From Octopus sinensis (lineage: Eukaryota), in the NCBI RefSeq assembly GCF_006345805.1, contig NC_043007.1, positions 11,470,001-11,534,000 on the forward strand: DNA of 64,000 nt. Reading direction: 5' to 3'. The notes beneath the pieces are model-generated. The model ran no database searches. It had not been told where the DNA came from and saw only the letters and a program-made list of their open reading frames with translations. Within the stretch, counting starts at the first letter, position 1. Each line of letters opens with the position of its first letter. Below, piece after piece: positions 37,046-51,417 of this stretch. Position numbers and translations under genes: made by a program.

Positions 37046-38031
37046 AGAATAATTTTATTTCGTTTTTGGATTTGGTTTGCAAGATTCTTTATATGAGTTC
37101 GTGTGTTGAAGCATATTCTGTTGTGTCTAGGGAGAGTCATTTTCTTTTTGTGCCTTATTATGTAACACACTCACCGGTAAAATTTCCACTTTTTTCTTAT
37201 TTTTATTTTTCTAAAATTTTCGTTGCATCTTGCAACCTTTTCAACCTTCTCAGTAATTTGTTTTTAATAAATTCTGGCAGATTTGAACATGAAAATGTTA
37301 ATCACAATTGTATTTGTCATAGGAAAACAGCTTCTCCTTTACAACGAATGTGTTCATAGCACACTTGATTCATTAGTACAGGGGGTTCTGGAACAGTTGA
37401 TGCTTCAACATCATTCTGTTACATAAGCCAAAAGCACCCTGAAGTAATGAAGCTAACAAGAGTTGGAAGCTCTTGATTTTAACTTCAGCAAAGAAAATTA
37501 TTTGCTGATTTGTGTTGATATCTAACAACCAATAATAAATTATTGCATGCAAGGTAAACAGCAACAATCAAAACATTGTCCTGCTTGTTTATCCTTAATA
37601 CATTCCAGCAGTCACAAACATGAATATGCTAATTGCTGTTGTATCCCAGAGTCTAAAAAAACTGACACTCCATCAGTTACAAGGGTTCTAGTTGATCCGA
37701 TCAATGGAACCGCCTGTATGAATGAAATTAATGTTCAAGCGGTTGAGCACTCCACAGACACTCTTTTTGCTCTTTTTTACTCTTTTACTTGTTTCAGGCA
37801 TTTGACTGTGGCCATGGTGGAGCACCGCCTTTAGTCGAGCACATCAACCCCAGGACTTTTTCTTTGTAAGCCTAGTACTTATTCTATCAGTCTCTTTTGC
37901 CAAACTGCTAAGTTATGGGGATGTAAACACACCAGCATCGGTTGTCAAGCAATGTTGGGGGGGACAAACACAGACACACAAACATATACACACACACATA
38001 CATATATAAATATATATACATATATATATAC

Positions 38032-38079
<48 letters not shown>

Positions 38080-38319
38080 TATATATAATATATATACTTA
38101 CCACACAGCTACTTACCACACAGCCACTCCTGCACACATACTTTGTTATCTCCCCAACTTCTTCGCTCTCCTGTGTGACCCTTCTGTCTGGCAGTTGCCA
38201 TGATAGAGTGTAGGCTCGAAACGTAAAAGACTTTTTCTATTCCTGAGCATTATACTAATACATCTGTTTGTTTTGTACACCACCTGTCTTCGTCTTTTGT
38301 TTTTATTCGTGAACTCTCC

Positions 38320-38387
<68 letters not shown>

Positions 38388-39148
38388 TATATAGGAGAGT
38401 TCACGAATAAAAACAAAAGATGAGGATACCACACAGCCACTCCTACACACATACTCTTAACATAATTCTCAGAGAAATTCAGCACAACACAGAATGTGAC
38501 AAGGCTGGCCCTGTTTAATTACAGGTACCACTTCATTTTTGACAGTTGAATGAACTGGAGCCACATGAAAAAAAAAGTGTCTTGCTCAAGGACACAAGGC
38601 ACAGCCGGGAATTGAACTTATGACCATATGATCATGAGCTGAATACCCTAATTGCAGAGTCTACTTAACTAATAAATCAAGTTTGTTATGAACACTCATT
38701 TATCTTGAAAGAAGTTGCTTTCCATTAATGAGACACAACAGCAATCAGCATACCCATGTTTAAATCTGTCAGAACGTAATAAGAATAAAAATGTAAGAAT
38801 GTTGTCTGAGAAATACGATATATGTAATTTACTCTTGCCTGTTCCATAATCTAAGTCATTATATGTCTCCATTAGATTTTTTCCATCAATTAAAACTGCA
38901 AAATTGTCTTTCTTACTTTTTGTGACAAGAATTGTTATTAACTTGAAATGAGTGGACAGTAAATAAATTGACCAAGAATGAGGAAAGGAACCAAGTAGAG
39001 AAACAATAACTGATCTGGAATGGTAGTTAAGAAAAAAAACTCTTAGAGTCCTCTTCACAGAGAATGTATTAAGATGGGCTACTTAACCCTCTTGTTACCA
39101 TATTTCTGTTGAGATGCTCTGTGCTTCTTTTAATTAATTTTAAATATA

Positions 39149-39537
39149 GGCGTAGGAGCGGCTGTGTGATAAGTAGATTGCTTACCAACCACATGGTTCC
39201 GTGTTCAGTCCAACTACGTGGCACCTTGGGCAGGTGTCTTCTACTATAGCCTCGGGCTGACCAAAGCCTTGTGAGTGGATTTGGTAGATGGAAACTGAAA
39301 GAAGCCTGTCGTATATATATATATATATATATGTGTGTGTCTGTGTTTGTCCCCCCAACATCGCTTGACAACCGATGCTGGTGTGTTTATGTCCCAGTAA
39401 CTTAGCGGTTCGGCAAAAGAGACCGATAGAATAAGTACTAGGCTTACAAAGAATAAGTCATGGGGTCGATTTGCTCGACCAAAGGTGGTGCTCCAGCATG
39501 GCCACAGTCGCATGACTGAAACAAGTAAAAGAGAGAG
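39149..39537 (+). mobile_element. SINE family A, full length
   Basis: Family consensus. Confidence 0.9.
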
Positions 39538-40119
39538 TATAACAAAGAATTTAGTAAAATAACTTAGTTATCATTAAGCTAGTGTTAGGAACATTAATTG
39601 TGACAGAGGTTTAGAAGATTTTAATTCAGGACTTATGAAAACAAGACATTTGTACTACAGAGCCAGAGGTGGTTTTGGCTGAGTTGGTAATGAAAGGGTT
39701 AAATACATGCCAGTGTCAGAAGCTATATAGTAAGGCAGACACAAATAAACTTTAGTCATAGAAATTTCGCTTGTATCAGAAAGATATTTCATCACAGAGA
39801 GTACTCAATGACTTTATAGGTACTTAGTGCTATGACTTTTCTATTTGTGTGAATTAAACAAATAGGAAAACTGAATTTCAAATATAGTAATTGGAATTGA
39901 CATGAGAGCAAAGCAAGCCCCAAAAATTGCTCTGCTGGGGACAGCTAGGATTTTGAGACTGGTACTTGAGTGTTGAATGTCTTCTACAATAATTAACATC
40001 CAATTATCAGAAAGTGACCCTGTGAGACCTCTGACAACAGGCTGCTGTCCACTCTCACAGAATCAACCAGAGCAAACAAGACTGAGAGCTCTGAGAAGTA
40101 AAGCTATAGTAATAATAAT

Positions 40120-40188
<69 letters not shown>

Positions 40189-40637
40189 CCTCATCATCAT
40201 CATCATCATCATTATCATCATCTTCAATACTATTTTTCGTCGTCATTTTAATATCCACTTTTCCATGCTTGCATGGTTGGACAGACTTTATTGAGGTAGA
40301 TTTTCTATGGCTGGATACTCTCCCTGCTGCCAACCCTCTCCTTTTTCCCAGCAGCATAATATTTTCCCCGTGGACAGACATGTGTTTCCAGAATATTGGA
40401 AATGGATGCTGCTGTTTGTGCGATGGTAACACTCATTTACAGCTATTATACAAAAACAAGGCAAGGAAACACAGACATATGCACGCACGCACACACACAC
40501 ACACATGCATATAACTACATATATATATATACACACATATATAAACAATAAATTAAATAGAGAGATACTAGTGACAATCCAATAATTTATTTATAATGTG
40601 TGTGTGTATGTGTATATATATATATATTTATGTATTC

Positions 40638-40676
<39 letters not shown>

Positions 40677-40760
40677 TACATATATATGTATATATATATA
40701 TATATTATATATATTTGTGTGTATATATATATGTGTGTATGTATATATATATCTTTATAT

Positions 40761-40810
<50 letters not shown>

Positions 40811-41192
40811 GTGACTAAACAAGTACTTGTGTTCAGTTAGACAGTAATTGATAAGGTAAATAGTTACTGAAACATCTAACTGTCCTGTGAAGCAACTTGC
40901 TGATAATGTTCTATAAATTTTTTATCTGGTATACTTGAGATCAACTCTTCCTGCTTATTTAATTCATGCACACACGTGCACACAAGCACACACATGCACA
41001 CACACGCACACACACACACACTTTTTTATACAAACTGTTTCAACAAGCCTGGTGATTGACAACACAAGAAGTCACAGTCAACTGTTTTATTACAATAATT
41101 TTGACTCTACATTCAATATTGAAGCCTTTCAGCAATAAATATCATGCTGAGGTTATGTCATACCGAGGATTTCTGAAAATAATGAAATAGTG

Positions 41193-41240
<48 letters not shown>

Positions 41241-41400
41241 TAGAAAAGAAACACCTTTTATCAATTCAATAATGAAAAATTAAATTATACCATTTATAAA
41301 AATTACATATTATAGAAAGATTAAATATACGATAAAACATATAACAATGATTAAGTAATGTGCAAAATAATAAATAAAACGTATATATTTCTAATATATA

Positions 41401-41440
<40 letters not shown>

Positions 41441-41447
41441 TATAATA

Positions 41448-41503
<56 letters not shown>

Positions 41504-41633
41504 ATATATTATATTTTGTGAAATTTGATTTAGTATTTCTATTTCTAAATTGAATTTTTCCCTGTAAGTTTGGAATAATATTCCCTCATATTATTATTAT
41601 CATTATTATTATTATTATTATATATTACATATA

Positions 41634-42904
41634 TCAGGTCATTAAAAATGAGATGTCTGATTTTCTTATGCACCAAGTTTGACGTTCATTAACTAATATT
41701 TTATCCTGACAATTCTTTGTTTTACAACATTGAAGAGTTACATCATCACTTTTCAAAATGCAATTCATGGTGTCTGATTATATTGTGAGTTTTCTCTTAT
41801 AAATCAATTTTGTAAACTCATGGATAGATAAAAAAATTGGTGTTATTTATGAATATGAGTTCCGTTGTGGAACCAATGCATCCTAGATAGCTCAAAACAT
41901 CAATGAAGTGTTTGGTGAAGATGTGGTAAATAAGTGCACTATATGTCGATGGTTTGAGAAGTTCTGGTCTGGTGACTTTACTCTTGAAAATCAGCCCCGT
42001 GGTAGACTTGAGACCAAGATGGATAATGATGAGCTGGAAACTGTTGTGGAAGCAGATACATCTCAAAGCATGCATGTGTTAGCAGCAAGGTTTGATGTTT
42101 TGATTCCAACTGCATTGAACCATCAGCAAAGTAAAGAAGCTGGACAAGTGGCTATCACATGAACAGAATGAGCAGAAAATATGTTGTCTTGAAACGTGCT
42201 GTTCTTTGCTGTCACAGCATAAAAGCGAACCATTTTTGCTTTGTATTGTTATGTGTGATGAAAAATGGATTCTTTTCATCAATAGCAAGCAATCTGCATG
42301 GTGGTTGGATAGAGACGAAGTGCCAAAACACAATCCAAAACAGAATATTCACCCCAAAAAAGCTAATGGTGTTTCTTTGGTGGTCCAGCACTGGTGTCAT
42401 CCGTTACAGCTTCATGAGACCTGGTAAGTCAATTACAGTGGATGTATACAAAAACCAAATGGATGAAATGATGAGCGAACTTGCAATTAATCAACCGAGA
42501 TTGGTCAATAGAGACAGACCAATTCTCTTGCAAGACAATGCTCGACCACATGTTGCACAAAGAACGATACTCAAGTTACAGGAAGGGAACTTGGAAGTAC
42601 TTTGTTGTCCACCATATTCACCAGACCTTGCACCAATTGACTATCATATTTTCCAAGCATTAGACAACTTTTTGCAATGAAAACAACTACAAATCTGAGG
42701 AAAATGCAAAACCATCCTTTCATAATTTCATAACCTCTTCCTCTCCAGAATTCTTCCCTGCCAGCATAAATAAGCTATTGATAAAATGGCAAAATTGTGT
42801 TGATAATTTAGGTGCATACTTTCTTTAATTGCATCGCTTTTTGTTGAGATAAAGTAAAATAAACTTTCAGTTCAAAATCGGACATTTCATTCTTAAATAC
42901 CTGA
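41634..42904 (+). mobile_element. Full-length mariner (DD34D, cecropia/Hsmar1-like), 1271 bp
   Basis: Imperfect TIRs (28/33 including TA): TA|tcaggtcattaaaaatgagatgtctgatttt vs aaaatcggacatttcattcttaaatacctga|TA. Confidence 0.9.
41820..42828 (+). pseudogene. Mariner transposase, disrupted
   Basis: YEFRCG..NINEVFGEDVVNKCTICRWFEKF, CDEKWI, LLQDNARPH followed by 34 residues to the D of YSPDLAPID, ends GAYFL*. Confidence 0.9.
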
Positions 42905-43070
42905 TACAATTAACTACAAAATTTTAAAAACTTTCTAATAAAAATTCACTATTTGTACACTATGCATCCTTTTATCTATAATTCCTTAATTTCTAATTCA
43001 AACTTCTAATTTCAACAAATACTATGAAAATATGATAATTCACTTGGGAACATCATGTGTTCATCAGTAA

Positions 43071-44143
43071 ACTGGCAGAAACACTAGCACACCGGGTGAA
43101 ATGCTTAGCGGTATTTCATCTGTCTTTACGTTCTGAGTTCAAATTCCGCTGAGGTCAACTTCGCCTTTCATCCTTTCGGGGTCGATTAAATAAGTACCAG
43201 TTACACACTGGGGTCGATGTAATCGACTTAATCCATTTGTCTGTCCTTGTTTATCCCCTCTGTGTTTAGTCCCTTGTGGGCAGTAAAGAATTAAGATACG
43301 TTAGCACACCGGGTGAAATGCTTAGCAGTATTTCATCTGTCTTTACATTCTGAATTCAAATTCCGCTGAGGTCAACTTCGCCTTTCATCCTTTCGGGGTC
43401 GATTAAATAAGTACCAGTTACACACTGGGGTCGATGTAATCGACTTAATCCATTTGTCTATCCTTGTTTATCCCCTCTGTGTTTAGTCCCTTGTGGGCAG
43501 TAAAGAATTAAGATACGTTAGCACACCGGGTGAAATGCTTAGCGGTATTTCATCTGTCTTTACGTTCTGAGTTCAAATTCCGCTGAGGTTGACTTTGTCT
43601 TTCATCCTTTCGGGGTCGATTAAATAAGTACCAGTTACACACTGGGGTCGATGTAATCGACTTAATCCATTTGTCTGTCCTTGTTTATCCCCTCTGTGTT
43701 TAGTCCCTTGTGGGCAGTAAAGAATTAAGATACGTTAGCACACCGGGTGAAATATTTAGCGGTGTTTCATCTGTCTTTACGTTCTGAGTTCAAATTCCGC
43801 TGAGGTTGACTTGTCTTTCATCCTTTCGGGGTCGATTAAATAGTACCAGTTACACACGGGGTCGATGTAATCGACTTAATCCATTGTCTGTCCTTGTTTA
43901 TCCCCTCTGTGTTTAGTCCCTTGTGGCAGTAAAGAATTAAGATACGTTAGCACACCGGGTGAAATGCTTAGCGGTATTTCATCTGTCTTTACGTTCTGAG
44001 TTCAAATTCCGCTGAGGTTGACTTTGTCTTTCATCCTTTGGATGGTCGATAAATGAAGTACCAGTTGCATACTGGGGTTGATCTAATCGACTAGCCCCCA
44101 CTCCAAAAATTTCAGGCTTTGTACCTAGAGTAGAAAAGAATTA
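43071..44143 (+). repeat. SINE family B tandem pentamer (217-bp period)
   Basis: agcacaccggg at 43086, 43303, 43520, 43737 and 43949; the last unit has a different 3' tail. Confidence 0.95.
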
Positions 44144-44210
44144 ATGTTTGCTAGTTATCACTTATCAACTCTTATATCAATACACACACACACACATGTA
44201 TTCACACATA

Positions 44211-44456
44211 TTGGGTTGTCAAATAAGATTCATTTGTTTTGTTTGTTTTTCTTTTTCTCCATTAATTTTCATCCTTTCCAGTGTTATCTGAATCGAGACA
44301 AAAAAATATTTTTATCATAGTATTTTATTTTATTTCTTTTTTGTAGCTCTATTCTTTCTGTCTATTGTTCTTGAAATTTGAATCAATTTTACTTCTTTTC
44401 AAAAATATGACAATGGAGTGCCAAGCAAAACAAAAAAAATTTATCTGACAAGCCAA
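44211..44456 (+). mobile_element. 246-bp mariner-derived MITE
   Basis: TA|ttgggttgtcaaataag ... ttatctgacaagccaa|TA; the interior resembles the 5' UTR at 32550-32640 and includes atggagtgccaa (MECQ start). Confidence 0.7.
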
Positions 44457-44753
44457 TACACATATGCAATGCATGGCATTCGTGTCGTCCATATTGGTTT
44501 CAAATTTTGGCACAAGGCCAGCAATTTCAGGGGAGGGTGTAAGTTTATCATATCAACCCAGTGTTCAACTGGTACTTATTTTATCAACCCTGAGAGAACA
44601 AAAGGCAAAGTCAGCCTCAGCAGAATTTGAACTCAGGACGTTAAGAATAGATGAAATGCTGCCAAGCATTTTGCCTGGCATACTAACGTTTCTGTTATCC
44701 TGCCACACATCTGTGATAAAGTATCAACCTGTTGCTCACTTCCTATTGAGTAG

Positions 44754-44754
<1 letters not shown>

Positions 44755-44796
<42 letters not shown>

Positions 44797-45530
44797 TTAA
44801 TGTCTGCCTTCCATGCTGGCATGAGTTGGATGGTTTGAGGGAGAACTGGCAAGCTAGGCAAGGTTTCTTATCTATTTATTGCCCACAAGGGGCTAAACAT
44901 AGAGGAGGACAAACAAGGAGAGACAAAGGGATTAAGTCGATTACATCGACCCCAGTGCATAACTGGTACTTAATTTATCAACCTCGAAAGGATGAAAGGC
45001 AAAGTTGACCTCGGTGGAATTCGAACTCAGAACATAATGGCAGATGAAATACCACTATGTATTTCACCCAGTGTGCTAACATTTCTGCCAACTCACGGCT
45101 GGCAAGGTTTCTACAGCTGGATGCCCTTCCTAATTCCAACCACTTTGAGAGTGTAGTGGGTGCTTTTTATGTGCCACCGGCACAGGAGCCAGTTAGGCAG
45201 CACTGGCACTGACCATGTTCGCATGGTGCTTTTTACATGCTACCGGCACAGGGAGCCTGTCAGGCGGCACTGGCATTGATCCACACTTGAATGGTGCTTA
45301 TTACATGCCACCAGCATGGGTGCCAATCAGGCAGCACTGACCACGACTATGATTTCAACTTCATTCAACATGTCTTCTCAAGCACATATATCGCCCTATG
45401 CTTCAAGGGTAATTTTAAATGGGCCAGTTATGCAACATTGGCATTGGCCACTACTGTGATCTCACTTTACTTGACAGGTCTTCTCAATCACAGCATATCT
45501 CCAAAGGTCTTGGTCTCTTGTCATTGCCTT
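44755..45530 (-). mobile_element. RTE 3' end (second subfamily, three UTR monomers) with a nested SINE
   Basis: (CAT)n tail at 44755; UTR monomers at 45140-45340. Confidence 0.8.
44869..45100 (-). mobile_element. SINE family B with a 12-bp TSD
   Basis: TSD ggcaaggtttct at 44857-44868 and 45101-45112. Confidence 0.92.
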
Positions 45531-47003
45531 AAGAAAAGAATGCATAAATGAAGACCCCAAATGATAAGAGAAGTCTATTTAGTCCTTCTGGGTACAAGAC
45601 AACTTTTCTGGTTCCAGTGAGCAAGTGATGATGATATTAGGTAGAGAGAACATTTTGGTCTTTCCAGAGATAAGGTAACCTCTTTAGTGCTGGATCCACA
45701 ATAAACCCTGTAAAGTAGCTGGCAGCAGGAAAGGCATTTGGCTATAGAAACCATGATAAAAAGAGAACAAAGCATATGAATGAGACAGACGTGATAGCAA
45801 ACCCATCTAGAAGGGCAATAATTCTAAATAAGATCTGACTCAGGATGTAGCAACGCATTCTCTCCTTGCCAGCTCGGAAAAGTGGATGGAAGTTAATGAT
45901 GATGATGATGATGATGATGGTAATGAGGGGAAGAATCATTGGTGGTGGTGGTGCTGGTGCTGCTGGTGGTGACAGTGGCAGTAATAATGGTGACATTGTA
46001 TGTTGTTGCTGTTGTACTTGTTGTTGTTGTTGTTGTTGTTGTTGTGGTGGTGGTGGTGGTGGTGGCAGTGGCAATGGCAGCAGTGGTGATGGTGGTAGTG
46101 GTAGCAGTGGCAGAAGTGATGGTGGAATTATAAGTTGCTGTTGTTGTAGTACCTGTTGGTGTTGTCAGTGGTAATGGTGGAGGTGACAGTAGCAATGGCA
46201 ACGGTGGCAATAGTGATGGTGGTGGCAACAGTGATGACAGTGTTGGTGGTGGTGGTAGTAGCAGTAGTGATGGTGAAATTGTAATTTGCTGTTGTTGCAG
46301 TATTTGTTGTTGTTATTGGCGGTGGTGGTGGTGGTGGTGGTGGTGTAAATAACACTAAGGTTTCACGTGCGGTGTTCATGTAGACACAAGTTCTTCTTGG
46401 AGAGACTCTTACCTCTGTTTTTTTTTTTTCGTATCTTCAGTAGATTGCTAGAAAAAAAAATGTGGATTGCTTCAGACATTTTTGGTCCCTTCTATTGTTT
46501 CGTTTATCGAAAGAAAAAAACAAAACAAACAAAATATTCATTCTAAAAGTATATTCTTTAGATTTCACCCAGTTGAAGGATGAACTTGGCATGGGAAAAA
46601 AATAGAGGGGTAGTGCAAAAATTGGAATCAGTAACAGAATATCTTCATTATATATCAAATAACTGTATCTCTTACTTGTTTCAATTATTATACTGCTGCC
46701 ATGCTGGAGCACTGCCTTCAGAAATTTGAGACAAATGAATTAACACCTAGTACTTGCTTTTCTGTGTTTTTTTGTATTTTTTTTTTTTGCTTGGTACTTA
46801 TTTTATCAATCTCTTTTGCCAAACCACTGAGTTGTAGGGATGTAAACACACCAACACCAGTTGTCAGATAGTAGTGGTGGGACAAACATAGACACAAAGA
46901 CACATATAGATACACACACACACAAACACATATAACTTCATTATGCTTTGACATTAATTCAGTGTGGAGGAAATAAATCTTGTTTTGACTTTCTCCCTTA
47001 AAA

Positions 47004-47054
<51 letters not shown>

Positions 47055-47063
47055 ATGTGTGTG

Positions 47064-47443
47064 TTGGCACTCTGTCACTTATGACGACAAGGGTTCCAGT
47101 TGATCCGATCAACGGAACAGCCTGCTCATGAAATTAACGTGCAAGTGCCTGAGCACTCCACAGACACGTGTACCCTTAACGTAGTTCTTGGGAATATTCA
47201 GCGTGACAAAGTGTGACAAGGCTGGCCCTTTGAAATACAGGTACAACAGAAACTGGAAGAAGGAGTGAGAGAACATTGTGGTGAAAGAGTACAGTAGTGT
47301 TCGCCACCACCCCCTGATGGAGTCTCGTGGAACTTTAGGTGTTTTCCCTCAATAAACACTCACAACACCCAATCTGGGAATCGAAACTGCGATCCTAGGA
47401 CCGCGAGTCCGCTGCTCTAAACACTAGGCCATTGCACCTCCAC
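47064..47443 (-). mobile_element. SINE family D, full length, tRNA(Arg)-like head
   Basis: Reverse complement ggaggtgcaatggcctagtgtttag (A box)...gtttcgattcc (B box); 3' part recurs at 18805, 37670, 38455 and 63680. Confidence 0.85.
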
Positions 47444-48807
47444 ACACAGATATATATATATATATATATACATATTTATTAATTTAATATATAAATATAA
47501 ATATATATATAAACGATGGGCTTCTTTCAGTTTCCATCAACACAGCTGTAGAAACTCTGCCTGATCAGATTGGAGTGTGGTGCAGCCATCTGGTTCGCCA
47601 AACCCCAGTCAAATCGTCCAACTCATGCTAGCATGGAAAGCGGACGTTAAATGATGATGATGATGAGATCCACTCGCAAAATTTTGTTTAGGCTAAGGCT
47701 ACAGTAGAAGACACTTGCTCAAGGTACCATGCAGTAGGGCTGAACCCAGAACCATGTGGTTGGGAAATAAACTTCTTACCACACAGTCACTCCTGCTCAT
47801 CTTCATTTATTCTGCCACAGAAAGATTCTACCATATTAATTTCCATCAATGATAAGAATTAATCCAGCCAAACTGTATTCCGATATGTGACAACAAAACA
47901 CCGGCTCTGTTAGTTTTAGTTCCTCCAACGCAATTTACAAAAGAATTTTAAAACTATTTTATCTTTTTTTTCTCTCTCTCTCTCTCTATGGTTTGCAATT
48001 TCTCACTCTAGGAATGGTTTACCATTCTAACCATTTTTACTAATTTATTATTTTTTTTCAGCCAGTACTGAAATTCTTTAATCGGTCTTTTCATTGAATT
48101 CTCACTTTATTATCATATGGTCTGTCTTTTCTCTCCTCTCCCCACTCTCTCTCTTTCTCTCTCTCTCTCTCTTGCTCTGACTCTCTCACTCTCTTTCACT
48201 CTCACTCTCTCTCTCTTTCTCTCATTTCAAATCCTTTGTGTATCTAAGTGATTCAGTAATTAGTACACACTCATTAGACTAGTGCATTAAAAATATGTTG
48301 TTTTCACTCAGAAGGATTATCTTCCTGCCAACTTAAATTCTTAATTCTATTTAGAACCATTGTTATCTCACCACACACACGCATATACATACAGATAAAT
48401 GTAAACATACACAAACTCATACACAATATATACAGACACACTCTCACACACACACACATGCTCATGTATACAAGTGCGTATGTATGTATTTATATGTGTG
48501 TGTGTATGTGTGTCTGCATGTGTGTACACTGTTAGAAAATATTGAGTAATCCGTTATTGCAATGCTAAATTGTTTTTATATATAACTTAACATAAAAACA
48601 AATATTGATATATATGTGTGCGTGTGTATGTGTGTGTGTGTGTGTGAGTGTGTGAGCGTGTGTGTGTGTGTGTGAGAGAGAGAGAAAGAGAGAGAGAACA
48701 GAGACAAGAAGGGAGTTGTTAAAAAGTGGTTGCTATATATATATATATATATATAAATATATATATCTATCTATGTATGTATATGTATGTATGCGTGTAT
48801 ATATATT

Positions 48808-48848
<41 letters not shown>

Positions 48849-50507
48849 ATGTGTGCGTGTATGTTTTCTGTCTATATTTTACATACGTGTCATAGTGTTC
48901 TAATGCATGAAAAATTAATAAAACAATATTTTAAATTGTCTTCCACATTACCACCACCACCACCACCACCACCACCACCATCACCACCACTAGTGTCATC
49001 ACCATCAACCATCACCACCACCACCACCACCACTACCACCGTCACCATCACCACCACTAGTGTCATCACCATCACCACCACAACCACTACCACCATCACC
49101 ACCATCACTTGTAATTTCAATATAATTGCATCATCAGGCTATTAAAAAAACTAAAATAGTGACACATTCCAGCAGGCACCATCACAGAGCCCCTGGGAAT
49201 ATTGCAATCAACAATAAAATCAATATTTTATCAAATGAATCGTTTCTAGTGTCAGTTCTAAACAGACCTTGAACAAATAGATTTTCAGAAAATTCAACAA
49301 TCTTTTATAATAGAAAAAACATTTGGCCATTGTCAATTCCATCAGCAACATACAAACAAATACATCCATTTTCATAGAGGAGAGGAAAATTATCCACAGA
49401 ACAAACCATACTCTTGGTTTGATTAATGCCGAAATACTCTGGTTTTCTTTAGCAGTTTATCAAAACATTAATCTAGAAATAATCGTATATTATCTGTTTT
49501 CCTTTAGCATCATACATATTTTCATCTGGAAATAGGTTCCTTTGAAATAACACTTCACATATTCAAACATCACAGAATCAAAATTTAAAACAATAGAACA
49601 CGGTACAATAGAAACAACGAATGAGTCACATTCTGTCCCCAAAACCAACAGAAAATTCTACAGAATATTCTTGAAAATTCTATCATGTGATCCAATGAAA
49701 GAAATGCTTGAATTTCAGCTGATGTTATAAAATGATTTATATAGAAGGGACAGGTGTGGTTGTGAGGTAAGAGGTTTGTTTCTCAACCACATGGTTCCGG
49801 GTTCAGTCCCATTGCTTGGCACCTTCTACTACAGCCCCAGGCTGACCAAAGTCTTGTGAGTGGTTTGGTAGACAGAAAATGAAAGAAGTGTGTCATTATT
49901 ACATAGCAGTTCAACAAAAGAAACCGACAGAATAAATACCGGACTATAAAAAAAAAATAAGTACAAGGGTCAATTTATTTGGCTAAAAATTCTTTAAGGC
50001 ATTGTCCCAGCATGTCAGCTGTCAAATGACTGAAGCAAGTTAAAGAATGTGTGTGTGTGTGTGTGTGTGTGGGTGTGTGTGTGTGTCTTTGTGCCCCACT
50101 ACTACTTTACAACCGATGTATGTTTGTTTAAATCCCCTTAACCTAGTCGTATGGCAAATGAGACTGATAGAATAAGTTTCAGGCTTTCAAAAAATATAAA
50201 TACTATGGCCCATTCAGCTAAAACCCAGCAAAAGCCTGCCCTTGCATGGCTGCAATCCAATGACTGGAACAAGTAAAAAAATAAATAACATTACATTAGA
50301 CACAGACATGGCTATGTGGTAAAAAGCTTATTTTCCAACCTCATGGTTCCAGGTTCAGTCCCATTACATGGCACTTTAGGTAAGTGCCTTCTACTAAAGC
50401 CTCAGACCAACCAAAGCCTTGTTAGTGGATTCGGTGGATGGAAACTGAAAGAATCTTGTCATGTATGTGCATATATATGTATATATATGTATATATGTAT
50501 ATATATA

Positions 50508-50582
<75 letters not shown>

Positions 50583-50874
50583 CACACATATATATATAAA
50601 TACATATATATAAGTTTATATATAATAATACATATATATATATATTATATATATATATCATCATCACCATCGTTTAACATCTGTTTTCCGTGCTAGCACG
50701 TGTTGGATGGTTCAACTGGGGTCTGGGAAGCCAGGGGCTGCACCAGGCTCCAGTCTGATTTGGCAGTGTTTCTACAGCTGGATGCCCTTCCTAACGCCAA
50801 CCACTCTGCGAGTGTAGTGGGTGCTTTTTATGTGCCACCTGCACAGGTGCCAGGGGAGTCTGGAATCGGCCACA

Positions 50875-50915
<41 letters not shown>

Positions 50916-51138
50916 CTTTGTGTTTGTCCCCAGCATTGCTTGACAACCAGCGTTGTTGTGTTTACATCCCCATGACTTAGCAGGTTAATAAAACGGATCA
51001 ATAAAATAAGTGCCAGGTTTAAAATATAAGTACTGGGGTCAATTCATTTGATTAAAAATTCAGTGCTCCAGTATGGCTGCAGTTTTATGACTGAGAAAAG
51101 TAAAAGGCAGAATGACTGAGTTACATTAGTCCCTAAAC

Positions 51139-51417
51139 TAGTGGTTCCCAAACATTTTCAGGCTGCCGCCCCCTTGGCACCCAAGCCACATTCCTAGAGC
51201 CCCCCACCCACCAAATATAGGCCACTTTCTGCAGCAAATTCAAAAGAACTGTATTTCACAAATAAAACTTAAACCTAAATTAAACTCTTAATATATTTTA
51301 TTTTACATCTATCATCCCATTTTGGCCACCCCACTATCGTTCCAATTTTCATCAATTCCCCATTGGATCATTCCACTGCTGCCTTGGAAGCAGTACTGCC
51401 CACTTTGGGAACCACTG
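51139..51417. mobile_element. hAT-type MITE, 279 bp
   Basis: 14-bp TIRs (t/c)agtggttcccaaa; perfect 8-bp TSD ccctaaac (51131-51138, 51418-51425). Confidence 0.92.

Noticed and set aside
43737-43948. Unit 4 of the SINE array being 5 bp shorter as a biological variant
   Set aside because: Five scattered single-base losses in one unit look like long-read consensus error.
47370-47443. tRNA gene
   Set aside because: A and B boxes are present but run into a SINE body with no complete cloverleaf; the same applies to the family A and B heads.
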